From Chrysomallon squamiferum (lineage: Eukaryota > Animalia > Mollusca), in the NCBI GenBank assembly GCA_012295275.1, contig CM022668.1:3162001-3226000 (forward strand): a stretch of 64,000 nt of DNA. The letters are read 5' to 3'. A model generated the notes under the pieces. The model saw only the letters and a program-made list of their open reading frames with translations, was not told the DNA's origin and did not search any database. This document shows positions 31,521-45,287 of the stretch, piece after piece; the stretch's first letter is position 1, and each line of letters opens with the position of its first letter. A program made the translations under genes and the position numbers.

Positions 31521-34468
31521 TAGTCCGGGAGCAGAGAGGGTTGTCCTTGCATTGTTGTATTAAGTGGATTTTTCTTATTGTTGATGACTCTATTTTCAGA
31601 AACTGCTTGATGACCCTTGAGCAATTTGAGAAATTCAAGATGGTCGCCATTACATATAAATGACAATAACTCCCTACCTGTTCACCCCAGGAAGGTGATT
31701 TTTATCCTATATCTAGGTTTTATGGGTTAAGCTATCCATTAGAACTAAGTATTATGTTAATATCGTATTACATAATCGTAATTACCAAGATGGCCGCCGT
31801 AACACTAAAACTGGCATATCTCCTTAACTATTTACTCCAAATTAGTCGTAAAGGTGTCTATCACTGGGTATTTTGGAGACACATCTATCTGTATCAGATC
31901 AAAGTTCATATACTGATGATGTCATATAGAAATCCAAGATGGCTGCCGGTTTACAAGCATGGTATATCTTCTATACTATTCAGTCTTGGGAAAACTATGA
32001 AAAGATAAACGACCACATGTGTTATATTATAACATATGTTCAATAATTTTAAATCTGAATTCTCACACAGACTACCAAAAGCATATTATACAAGTCATAT
32101 TTAAGGATGGCTACCGCTTCACCAAATAATTTACACTGTTGTATATCGTGTTGCTCATGTGCTTCGCAAAGACATGCAATCAACTATGATGTCGGGTTAC
32201 AGCAACCCTGATTATATCAGGCGCAAAATATTGTGCATTTCATGTTTGCAGAGTTGCAACTACAACCACGTGATCTGCATGGGGTAGTACTGTGGCATCC
32301 ACATTCTATTAGACATAGTACCATCTCTGGGACTAGTTCGACTTCATCAGGGAGGGTGACTGGTTGAAGGGACTTGTTTTGTTCATCCTTTACCCAACCT
32401 TATTCCGTTGAGTCCAACTCAGAAGGATTCTGCGCTTCCATTGACTGCCTGGTGAGCTCTTTTATCATTTTCTTTGAATGCCTCAGTTGTTGGTGGCAAG
32501 GTATACAACTTCGGTGTTGACGATCCTTTGCCTGGTTTTGAAAGCCATACCTTTAACCTTGTCTCTGACATTGTACTACAGTTTGTTTGTCCATAGCACG
32601 CGGAAAGGAAGGAGGTAGCTTGTTGAATATCAGATTCCAGAGAATGCCCTGGTGCACCCAACAAGTTAAGTGAGTGCCCCGCTCGAAGTGTTTTGAATAC
32701 AGTGGCCTTTCCAGTTCCAAAATAGGAATGAACGGTGTCACATCCAGAAAGTGCACCTGCCGGGAGTCTTCCTTCGACTATCTCAGAATGCTTCTGCACA
32801 GTTTTGCCTATATCAACCACCGTCCTTCCTTTGATGAGATTTCCATGTGATGACAATGCAGCAACAGTACAAAGACGTCAGTGACATCCGCGACAACAGT
32901 GATTTTGCTGTCTGCATTTTCCGCGGCACAACTCAAGACCTGTTGGACAATCACGTTATCTGCTTCTTCCTGTGAAGTTGCCAGACCTGCCCGTAAGATT
33001 ACAACTCTACCTTCAATGATTTCGGTTGACTCCCGATCTGCTCCTGTTACCACTGACTTGTGATGTCGTGTGTTGTCCTCGTGAAACTTCTTATCCTCGA
33101 CTAGATCACCAACTATCAGTTGCATCAGTTGCTTCTTGTTTTTGGAAGAGGTTAGTAGAATCTTCTGCGCTGGAAGGTTACTGTTGACTTGCAAATGATG
33201 AACCCTACTGACACCAGTTGCCCTAGATCCTCTGGTAACATTCTTTGTGCTGTAATCGTAGCATCTGTCAAATATCAGATACACGTCCTTGACCCGTAGC
33301 CTTTTTCCTATAGTATATTTGAAGTTCGCTATTTAATCATTGACAGACCCATCACCAGGCCAAGGAACTACCCACACAGTATTGCTGAGCCATCGAGCAC
33401 ACTAACATTTGCACCACCAGCAACTCAGTCAGACACCTGAATTTGGAGAATTTTCTTCAAGGTAGATTTTGATTTCGCAATCCTCATATCTCCAGTATCA
33501 TCAAACATGGACGTTGGAACTGGCTCAAGTTCATGACCAAGCACATCTTTAATGTCAATGTCCCGCCCACAACCTGTAGGATAATCGCCCTTGAGTAAAT
33601 CAAACTGGTATCAAATACCTTCACATGCTTCCTTGCATGATCCATAGTAACAACCTTCTTCGTGAAGGTTTCATAAAATCGACTTTCATTTGTTCTGTCC
33701 CGACTGTGACTGATTTGTGGACATTGACTGCAGTGGAACCAATCTGGAGTGGAACCAATCTAACTACACTGACTACACCACTGGGGTGTGCAGCAAAATC
33801 TGAAAGATTAATGCAAGTGTCGAGTTTTTGTCTGATTCCATCTCGGTCTCTCTTGTCTTCAGCGATCCTGGCTTTTGCCTCTTCTTTGTGTGTTGTCACC
33901 ACCTTGCTTTGAGTGTACTTATCCGTCATCCAGATCAGATTCCAACCTGCGGTCCCAAATCTTCAGCGTTTCTTAAGAGTGATGCCAACTTACCCCCAAT
34001 AAACATGCCTCTAACCAGCGGAATGGTGCATGACGTGCTCACCCTTAGTGAAGTTTTACAACACCTCTTGTGGTAGCCGTTCCGTCTCACGAAGGTAGCA
34101 CAACACATATCTCGCGTAGTTCACATGGCCCGCTGCAAAGAAGTGTGGTAGACTTTGCTTGTAGGTTGCCAGATGAAGTGACTGGTCACCTTCGTGCTCA
34201 GCCCGTACAAACACCATGGTCAGCCGTCTCAGACAATACGATATTAACATAATACTTAGTTCAAATGGATAACTTGACCCCTAAAACCTAGGTATAGAGA
34301 TAAAAATCACCTTCCTGGGGTGAACAGGTAGGGAATTATGGTCATTTATATATAATGGCGGCCATCTTGGACGCCATCTCGAATTTCTCAAATTGCTCAA
34401 GGGTGAACAAGAAACTTAATACAACAATGCAAGGTTAAGGGCAAACATGGCAGTTGGCTCCCAGACTA
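31521..34468 (-). mobile_element. Academ-type (transposase + XPG-like nuclease + CXC) DNA transposon, internally deleted and frameshifted
   Basis: TAGTCCGGGAGC...GCTCCCAGACTA termini; ~240-bp imperfect TIRs (31521-31770 / 34236-34468); att/act possible 3-bp TSD; - strand fragments RAEHEGD..FFAAGHVNYARY, QEEADN..VVADVTDVFVLLL, LSGCDT..FGTGK, LPPT and CGC..C..CSC..CTIFC. The family assignment is from recalled motifs. Confidence 0.8.
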
Positions 34469-35078
34469 ACTGTCTAATTATAAAATGTACACATTTGTAA
34501 AAGTGTATCTTTATTGGTAGAAATAAGAATTATTTATATCCCTACAATTTTATTACTCCCTTTGACCTGTCAGTGCTGATAACAGAGTATCACAATAAAA
34601 TAACACTGTTACAAAACATTAGAATATGACCTTCTTAACCCTTTACTAGTGGACTTGACGTGAATATATATGTGAGGAATGACAAATTTATTTATTTATT
34701 TATTTATTTCGACTTAATTTTAGAGGAAATTAATCCACCAAGTACACCAACACATCAGATATTTTCTCAGAATGAAGGAGCTGCTGGATATGGCGAATAC
34801 GAGCTCCTTTGAAAAAAATATCTGAGGAGAAAGACTAGTCAAAATGATCCTACATCAAATCTTTATTCATCCACCTTAGTCATATTAGACGTAGCCCTTT
34901 TTAAAGTATTTTACACTCGTGTACCTATCAGACTGTTCGTGGGAATAACAGATATTGTTTAGCATGCTACGGTTTTAACACTCACAGAGACACGCAGATA
35001 CACAATTAGTCTCATACTTAAAAAATATAGAAAAACAAAACAAAAATATTGCAGCTGATCGATACTTTATTCAAATTA

Positions 35079-35344
35079 TCAGTAATGAAGCTGACTTGGT
35101 ATTGGCTGTATCTTCATAACTGTTCTCTTCATAGAATAGTGATTTCCCTTGAAAGCTTTCCAGTTTATCCAATCAGCAAAGGAGGTGTGGTTTCGATGGA
35201 GATGGCGACCGTTCAGATTAGAACTGTGACATTTGGAATACCACCAGCCGCCTTTGAACGTTTTGCCACAATTATTGCCCCACGTGTCTCTGTCCAAGTC
35301 TTTAGCAGTGAACTCGTAACCCCGGTGACCTGAGAAACTGTCGC
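35079..35344 (-). CDS. Orphan, apparently intact terminal exon of a fibrinogen-related domain (FReD) lectin
   Basis: tgtag|GC GAC acceptor; DSFSGHRGYEFTAKDLDRD...GGWWYSKCHSSNLNG...MKI; stop then AATAAA (35066-35071). The upstream intron is replaced by a minisatellite after ~140 nt. Confidence 0.8.
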
Positions 35345-35435
35345 CTACAACATAATTGAAACGAAAGAGATAAGATATAACTGAGAACAGAATTTGTAGT
35401 GAAAAAACAACATACATATCACTTAGAAATATATT

Positions 35436-35483
<48 letters not shown>

Positions 35484-35487
<4 letters not shown>

Positions 35488-36673
35488 TTAACTCTCTCTA
35501 ATACCTAACATTAACAATAGTACCTAACATTAACAATAATACCTAACATTAACACCTAACATTAACAACAATACGTAACATTAACAATAGTACCTAACAT
35601 TAACTATAATACGTAACATTAACACCTAACATTAACAACAATACCTAACATTAACACCTAACATTAACAATAGTACCTAACATTAACACCTAACATTAAT
35701 AATAATACCTAACATTAACAATAGTACCTAACATTAACAATAATACCTAACATTAACAATAATACCTAACATTAACACCTAACATTAACAATAGTACCTA
35801 ACATCTAACATTAACACCTAACATTAACAATAATACCTAACATTAACACCTAACATTAACAATAGTACCTAACATCAACACCTAACATTAATAATAATAC
35901 CTAACATTAACAATAGTACCTAACATTAACAATAATACCTAACATTAACAATAACACCTAACATTAATAATAATACCTAACATTAACAATAACACCTAAC
36001 ATTAATAATAATACCTAACATTAACAATAGTACCTAACATTAACAATAATAGCTAACATTAACAACAATACCTAACATTAACATTAATACCTAACATCAA
36101 CACCTAACATTAATAATAATACCTAACATTAACAATAGTACCTAACATCAACACCTAACATTAATAATAATACCTAACATTACCAATAGTACCTAACATT
36201 AACAATAATACCTAACATTAACAATAACACCTAACATTAATAATAATACCTAACATTAACAATAACACCTAACATTAATAATAATACCTAACATTAACAA
36301 TAATACCTAACATTAACAATAATAGCTAACATTAACAACAATACCTAACATTAACATTAATACCTAACATCAACACCTAACATTAATAATAATACCTAAC
36401 ATTAACAATAACACCTAACATTAACATTAATACCTAACATCAACACCTAACATTAATAATAATACCTAACATTAACAATAGTACCTAACGTTAATAATAA
36501 TACCTAACATTAACAACAATACCTAACATCAACACCTAACATTAATAATAATACCTAACATTAACAATAGTACCTAACGTTAATAATAATACCTAACATT
36601 AACAACAATACCTAACATTAACAATAATACCTAACATTAACAATAATCCCTAACATTAACAATAATACCTAAC
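35484..36673. repeat. Minisatellite of mixed 19-bp (acctaacattaacaataat) and 13-bp (acctaacattaac) units
   Basis: Many tandem cctaacat cores with variable spacers. Confidence 0.95.
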
Positions 36674-36785
36674 TCCGCTGTCTCTTTGTTTCATGAGTCT
36701 TTGTGTTTTTCTATTATAAATCTACACGAGAGTCGGATTATGGCTGGTTGTTAGTTGCAATAAAAACGCTCAGCTAAATCCAAAA

Positions 36786-36820
<35 letters not shown>

Positions 36821-37230
36821 ATGAATGAATGAATGAATGAATGAATGAACAAATAAATAAATAAATAAATATTATCAATAATAATAATCACAATAATAAA
36901 TAAAAAACAAATGTACATTAATATATACAAGTATGGGGTTACTGTAGGAAACACATATCTACAGAAAGAATTTGATCAAAACTTAAAAAACTTCAATTCT
37001 TTGTTTCTCTAATGTATTACACACAAACACACACATATACATACATACATGCATACATATATACATACATACATATATATATACAAACATACATATATAC
37101 ATACATACATAGATACACATATATATGTTAACCAAGTGACAGATGAAGCTAGTTATATAAATGTATACTTATTTATTTCTACAGAAACATCTGTCAGCAT
37201 CCTAATTTAGTTTGTTTGAATCAGTGCGTA

Positions 37231-37336
<106 letters not shown>

Positions 37337-38260
37337 GAAAAAGAAGAAGAAGAATGTGTAGAATAATTATTAACTTTTTGTTTACGAAAGATGTGAACGT
37401 CATATAATGAGAAAAAAAAAAAAAAAGTTAAAAGAGATCAGTCCGCAGTCCATCTAAAATTAGAGAACAACTTCTGTCATTCAATACGCAAGCAGTGACG
37501 TCATGTAAAATGTGAAAATGGTCGAATACTAATGTTTTGTAACATTGTTATTTTATTGTAATTCTTTGTTATCAGTGTTGACAGGTTACGTAGGACTATA
37601 AAAGTCCAGAGATATAAATAAATTATATTCCTAGAAATAAAGATATAAATTACAAATATTTTACAATTAGACAAAATCTGTAACACGTGTTATTGAGCTA
37701 GCAGAGCGTACATGAAGGATGTAATTGTTCTTGTTCTTTCTTTAAGTTCGTTAATTTTAGATAAGAAAATGTTTTTCTATTTTATTAGTGTCCGTACATT
37801 CTGCAAATTCTGGTGGAAAGGAAACATATAAAAAAATTTAGGATGGGTTTATTTCGATGAAAATAAAGTAAAATAAAATAAAATAAAATTAATTAATAAA
37901 TAAAAATATAGTATAGTTCTTCAGAATCATTCTGAACGTTTACTGAATTTTTAAGTTATACTGAATTAAAACTTGTATGTAAATATCATCCAGCATAATG
38001 TAAAACATTGATAACACAAAAGTGTTACTTGAAAATGTAAAGAAGACGTAATAATAACAAAATCATAAAAAAAAAATAAATAATGTCGCAAAAAAACATA
38101 ACATAAATAAATAAGAAAATTTATAAATTAATTTAAAATTTATTTCCTGATTTCAATAAAACAATATTTAAACAAAAAAGTGTTACTTCCAAGACAAAAT
38201 GTTTCAGTCGTGACAGATTGTACACAAATAGAAGACAGTATTTTCAATAATCAACCATAA

Positions 38261-38370
<110 letters not shown>

Positions 38371-38820
38371 AATAAAATGTTTCTTTCCGATTTCAAATAA
38401 TCAGTCTGAAAAGTGAACACACATACACACTTACACACAAACACGCATAAAACTAGCGTGAGAGAGAGACAAAGCGAGAAGGAGACAGAGGGAGCAACTG
38501 AGAGAAAGAGAGACACACATCACGCAGACAGAAAGTAAACAGACACACACGCATGCACTTGGTCTCACATCACTACACGCACATACGTACAACACATACA
38601 GAGAGTAGCTACTGAACATGCAATTGCATATACATTACAACAAATACATTTTCATACACATTACCATATACATTATAATCTACATTGTAAATACATTACA
38701 GTGCATAAATGCATATTCAAAAATAGACCGAAGTAAGAGAGAAGTGTTAGAATATCAATAATTGACTGAAACATTAATAAAATAAATTACTAAGGTTCTG
38801 TATATAATTATTTTAAAAAC

Positions 38821-38867
<47 letters not shown>

Positions 38868-39488
38868 AAATCAGTTTTGTATATTTACCTTACGATTTTA
38901 ATCCTCCTGTCTAACAACTTTTTAATGAATTTTTATAAGCAGCCCGAATTCAGGTAACTTGAGGATGCAAATCCAATATTGTTTACATTTTATTATGTTA
39001 ATTCCATTCTTGCTTGAAACGAGAGAATATAGTTTTCCACATCGATATTATTACTTTTTCAGATTTTACTTAAAAATAATAATAATAATAACTGTTTCAA
39101 ATGTTAATAATCAAAATCGAGAGCGCGTTCCTGATCGTCCATTACAATTTCGTTTTCTCACGTATTTTCTTCCATGTGAAAGTTTTGTCGAGTTTTAGGA
39201 AACGCTTTACATCAAGTGGCTGAATAAAAAGCTAACTGAGTATTTCCGTTTGTTTGGTAGTTTATTTTTTAGCTTATTAACCTATTGCAGGCTTACATCT
39301 GTTAAATTAAAATCTGTCGATAATATAATGTATTAAGTTTTTGTTTTTAACAAGAAGGGATTAAACACAGACACTGATCCTGAGATGGATATGAAATTAG
39401 AACAAATTTGAGATCCATGTTTTACGTAAGATTGAAACTTATGTTGGTTAGTCGCGAACTTTCAACGTGGGATACATAGATTTAAATA

Positions 39489-39684
39489 CCGGTACCGGAC
39501 CAATTATCCGGCGTCCGGAAATCCGGAAAAAACTGAAAATTGGAAACAATTTTTCCGACGCTACTTTTGTTCGAGCACGCGGGTTATTTACGTATTTAGA
39601 TTCTTTGGTACCAGAAAACCGGAAAATCCAGAAACCAGGAATGCCTGAGGCCCCAAGGAGTCCGGATAATGGGTCCGGTATCTG
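39489..39684. mobile_element. ~196-bp MITE with TA target-site duplication (Tc1/mariner-pogo superfamily type)
   Basis: TA|ccggtaccggaccaattatccgg ... ccggataatgggtccggtatctg|TA. Confidence 0.85.
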
Positions 39685-40078
39685 TATACGCCAAAAAGAT
39701 CAGAGCGTAAATATGAAATTTGCTAAGACTGTCTAATAATTTGTTGTCCTTTTTTGTTTTCTAATTTACATTCTGGGGCCTAAAAAAAAAAAACAAAAAG
39801 TACAAAATTATACAACCTCTTCTGCTGTGACTTTATATCAAATGTTTATTACATCGTCATCAACAGACTTGTCATGAAAAAAACGTTTATTAATAATAAA
39901 AGTTATTCTGTTTAAAGGGAATATATTTTCTATAATATGAGAGTATTGAGATTCATAGAAACAGTGTATTTTTTAAACAGGTTGTGAATGTCAGGTTTAT
40001 ATGATTGTGTCACATAATATAAATATAATATAAAATTAATTTTTTATTTAAAGAAACTTAAACAAGTAAAAACAGCTG

Positions 40079-40150
<72 letters not shown>

Positions 40151-40619
40151 GTAATAGTAATAATAATAATAACAGTAATAGTAATAATAACAAAACCAAC
40201 ACCTAACGTTGCCATCTATTAACGCTTAATGGTTAGAGTCCTTTTGGTAAGGGACATCGGTGAATTTATTTCCTTATTTCAGCTAAAATAATACATTATT
40301 TTAAAGTTCATGAGCTAAATTAGATAAACAAATAAATAAATAAATAAATAAAATAAAACCTTTTTTTCTAGAAACATAAACAGAATATCTGATGTCTATT
40401 TTATTGTGTGAGATATCTGTTGAATGAATACCATGTGTCAATCTGTAAATGTCATCTATGAAACTTTGATAAACGTTTCGCTTCAAAGACAACAGATTTC
40501 AGTCAGCACAGATTGTACACAGATAGGAGATAACATTTCCAATAATCAACCACAAAGCAGAATATTTTAAAATGTAGACATGTTTTAATGTACATGGCCT
40601 TGAGATAGAGACATACACA

Positions 40620-40721
<102 letters not shown>

Positions 40722-40849
40722 GACAGATGGAAGAGTCAAACAGAGGATATAGAGCAACTGAGAGAAAGTAAACAGACACATACGCATGCACTTGGTCTCA
40801 CATCACTACACGCACATACGTACACACGCACATAGCTAGTGAACAAGCA

Positions 40850-42235
40850 ATTCACCACACTACAACACATACAATTTCTTATACATTACAAAAACACATT
40901 ACAATGTCCATTACAACCCGTACAGTTTCATATACAACAGATGCTTTCATATACACATTACAACACATACATTCTTATACACATTACAACACATACATTC
41001 TTATACACATTACAACACATACATTCTTATACACATTACAACACATACATTCTTATACACATTACAACACATACATTCTTATACACATTACAACATATAC
41101 ATTCTTATACACATTACAACACATACATTCTTATACACATTACAACACATACATTCTTATACACATTACAACACACATATGCTGATAAAAAATTAGAACA
41201 CAAACCTTCCTGTAAAAAGTATAGCACATACATTACAACCGTATATACATTACAACACATACATTACAACCGTATACATTTACAACACATACATTATAAC
41301 ATATACATTCTTATACACATTACAACACATACATTCTTATATTACACATTACAACCGACACATTTATATATACGTTACAACTCACATATACAAATATACG
41401 TTACAACACATACATTCTACCTTCTTGCTGATAAAAAATTAGAACACAAACCTTCTTGTAAAAAGTATAGCACATACATTACAACCGTATATACATTACA
41501 ACACATACATTACAACCGTATATACATTACAACACATACATTATAACCGTATATACATTACAACACATACATTACAACCGACACATTCATATATACATTA
41601 CAACACATACATTACAACCGACACATTTATATATACGTTACAACTCGTACATTACAACTGATACATTTATATATACGTTACAACACATACATTCTAATAC
41701 ACATTACAACACACATATGCTGATAAAAAATTAGAACACAAACCTTCCTGTAAAAAGTATAGCACATACATTACAACCGTATATACATTACAACACATAC
41801 ATTACAACCGTATATACATTTCAACACATACATTACAACACATATACATTACAACACATACATTACAACTGATACATTTATATATACGTTACAACACATA
41901 CATTACAACCGACACATTTATATATACGTTACAACACGTACATTACAACTGATACATTTATATATACATTACAACACGTACATTACAACCGAGACATTTA
42001 TATATACATTACAACACATACATTCATATAGGACATTACAACACATACATTACAACTGATACATTCATATCTGCATTACAACACATACATTACAACCGAG
42101 ACATTCCTATATAAATTACAACACATACATTTTTATACACATCACATACATTATAATATACATTACAGCACATACATTATAAAATACATTACAATACATA
42201 CGTTGTTAAATACATTACAAGACATATATAAATTC
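40850..42235. repeat. Complex minisatellite (28-bp acacattacaacacatacattcttatac and variants) with a triplicated unique block
   Basis: cattacaac cores; gctgataaaaaattagaacacaaaccttc block at ~41181, 41428 and 41719; absent from the mirrored arm near 61420. Confidence 0.9.
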
Positions 42236-42277
42236 ATACACACGTAAAGCTACATACAAATAAACATACTGAGATTT

Positions 42278-42356
42278 GTCCTAGAGATCAAAAAAGAGAT
42301 ATAGACGGTTCAGTGAACTGGGACACTGTGAGAACGATACTTGCTTGATACGTGTC

Positions 42357-42396
<40 letters not shown>

Positions 42397-42740
42397 AACA
42401 GCTTTGAACGAAATAAAAAAAAAGTCGCACGTGAAACTTTGAAAACAAAGAATAAATAAATAAAATACAAAATAAAATAAAATCCATTCTGTGGAAAATT
42501 TGTTTTCAACTAATGTCAGTAACAGATATATCAGAAACGATAATAATGATGACGACAGTAATAACTAATGCAAATAGGGATATCAATAACAAAATAATTT
42601 AAAAAAATAATAATTAATTAAAAACTGTGAAGATATTCCTCATCAGCGGCCTGTGAAGAAATAAGAAAACAAGGAAAACAAAAATGAAAGCGACATCTAC
42701 CGAGACTACGCTAGAGATAAAAAATGACACGTTGACTTTC
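42278..42740 (+). pseudogene. Two decayed FReD exon-3 relics (3' half at 42278-42350; 5' half at ~42620-42740)
   Basis: cctagagatcaaaaaagagatatagac...gagaacgatacttg and cagcggcctgtgaagaaataagaaaacaagg...atctaccgagac match exon 3 with frameshifts. Confidence 0.7.
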
Positions 42741-43062
42741 ATCCATCTGTGTTTTTCTCTGTTTGTTTAATCAAGTAACATATGAATCAAGATATAAAGT
42801 TTATTATTGATCTGCACAGAAATCTACGTCAATATCTTAACAGATTATAACTAAGAGATAAAAGGCTGACGTGGAACTTTGGAAACAACGCAAAAAGTAA
42901 ACTTTATTATACACTGTACGTAGTATTTTTTCTCTGTACACGTTGGCAAAGAAAAAAAGAGAGAGAGAAAAAGAGAGAGAAGAAACATATATAAGTCTCA
43001 TATTGTTCGGTGTTCACATAGTTCGACAAACTGCTGACTACAAGAAAGAGAAAAGACTGAAA

Positions 43063-44519
43063 ATGAAATCTTTTCTATTTGTTTGTGTGCTGGTTCTAAC
43101 ATGTCTGACTGTTGCAGAGTCACACGGTATAAGGTGGGGGTGGGGATATGACGACTGGCCTGGAAGGTAAGCTATTTATTTTATGTTTATTTTGTACAGA
43201 TTTTCTTACTTTGATATCGTGACTGTTGTTAGATTTGCTATTACTCCTACTACCACTACTACTAATAATACCATTATTATTCCTAGTACCGTTACTATTT
43301 ACTACATCTGCTACTAATACTACTATTAATACTTTCATTAATGCTAATACAGGTACCGGGCCAATTATCCGGACTCCTTGAGGCCTGAGTCATTCCGAAA
43401 TTCTGGATTTTCTGGTACCAAGACATCTAAACACGTAAACAATTAGAAATAAACATTTTAAAATTAAAACCGTAAAGAAAATTCACGATACACAAGTGAG
43501 GCAGCTCGACGCGTAAACAATGCGGCGAGTGAAAGAACGCCACATGGCTTGTAAGAGTAGATCCGGTCTGGTGATGACAACACGAAAATAGTTTACTGGA
43601 AAAAACTTCCAGTTTTCTCTTCTTTCCGGATTTCACCTAACAGAATATATTTAGACAATTTCTTCAGCGTCATCAATGGTACACGTTGAAAGCTACTTGC
43701 TATCAAACAGGTTTGTCTGGAAGACTTGAGACGCTTTCATTCCTGGATTAGCAATACCTGACTCGTGTAACATAAACTATTCTTACGTTAAAGACTTTTT
43801 TATCTTTCAGAACTCAACACATGCGAATGACAATTGCAGTTTTGAAAGAAGGTTTAGATCAGTGCAGAGCAGAACGTAAGTCAAAATTGTAAAACGTAAG
43901 GTCGAAAACGACTGCAACAATTGAATTCAAAACAACTAAATAAAGACCTGTTCCTTAACATTTTACTAAAAAAAAAAAAAATAAAAACAATTTTAAATTT
44001 TAAAAATAATAAAAATAATATAAAATCAAATGAAAACATATAGTTTCCAGGGTCTCTCTATAAGTTTTGTCTACCACCCTATTCCAAAAAAAAAAATAAA
44101 TAAATAAAAAAAATAAAAAATAAAAAATAAAAAAATAAAAATAAAAAATAATAATATATATGTAATTTAATCTTTATTGATATCTCTATCGACCGATCAT
44201 CTTGTACTTGTGTCAAATAATCTGTTTGAAATGTTATCAACACTAATGATAATAACCACCATAGTAACGATGATATAGTAATAATAATTAATATTAAATA
44301 CTTCGAAAAAAATTAATAATAACAAAAATAAATGATTTATTAATTAAAAACTATGAAGACAAAACACAAGAAGAAAAACCTGGTCGACCAGCGGACTGTG
44401 AAGAGATAAGAAAACAAGATAAAAGTGAGAGCGGAATCTACCGAGTCTATCCTACAGATCAGAAAGGACACATCGACGTTTACTGTGAACTAGGAGCCAG
44501 TGAGAACGATACTTGGATG
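43063..44519 (+). CDS. 5' half of a secreted FReD lectin gene (exons 1-3), truncated by the assembly gap
   Basis: Exon 1 43063-43166 MKSFLFVCVLVLTCLTVAESHGIRWGWGYDDWPG; exon 2 43811-43875 RTQHMRMTIAVLKEGLDQCRAE (phases match); exon 3 ~44371-44519 [44 protein letters not shown]. The exon-3 acceptor is not convincing, so this may be a pseudogene. Confidence 0.7.
43350..43640. mobile_element. Longer, one-ended relative of the 39489 MITE inside FReD intron 1 (mirrored at ~60105-60331)
   Basis: TA|caggtaccgggccaattatccggactcctt shares the MITE terminal sequence. Confidence 0.7.
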
Positions 44520-44569
44520 GTTCGTTTCATTTTCAAAACAATACTTGTTAAAAATAAACCACCTTTATT

Positions 44570-44769
44570 NNNNNNNNNNNNNNNNNNNNNNNNNNNNNNN
44601 NNNNNNNNNNNNNNNNNNNNNNNNNNNNNNNNNNNNNNNNNNNNNNNNNNNNNNNNNNNNNNNNNNNNNNNNNNNNNNNNNNNNNNNNNNNNNNNNNNNN
44701 NNNNNNNNNNNNNNNNNNNNNNNNNNNNNNNNNNNNNNNNNNNNNNNNNNNNNNNNNNNNNNNNNNNNN
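44570..44769. other. Assembly gap (200 N)
   Basis: Run of N. Confidence 1.
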
Positions 44770-45063
44770 TAAGAAATGAGGAAGGGTAGATGAAAAAGGG
44801 GAAAAAAGAAAGAATAAAAATAAATTTAGAAACATAGAAATACTAGATAACAATTTCCTTTACTATCGTAAAAATAGCAACACAAAGCACAACAACAACA
44901 AACAAACAAAACAAAAACAGAAACAGACATATTAACAGATGTGGACAAAGAACATTTAAAAGAGATATTTCCGCTAGAAACGAAGAAAGAAAAACACACC
45001 CGCACATATAAAAAACTCAAACACACACACACACACACAAACGCACACAAACACACACAGACT

Positions 45064-45106
<43 letters not shown>

Positions 45107-45287
45107 ATTCCATTTGAAATAAAATGTCACAACAAAACAAAAACAAGACAAACAAGCACACAAACATGTGAAACAGTTTTCTGTAGGCATAACTGATGAT
45201 GACATAAATTATAATTAAATATTACCTAAGCAAAATTCGATCTTCGGATACACAAATCTAACCATATTAATTAATAATAAATACTAC

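Noticed and set aside
35484-36673. Possible interstitial telomeric repeat
   Set aside because: The core is cctaacattaac, not tandem CCCTAA
39467-39736. 89-aa ORF conserved with 62478-62747
   Set aside because: Spans a MITE within the inverted duplication; the similarity reflects DNA duplication, and the start codon is GTG
40839-41546. 235-aa His/Thr/Tyr-rich ORF
   Set aside because: Product of a 28-bp minisatellite, absent from the mirrored arm, with no splice or start context
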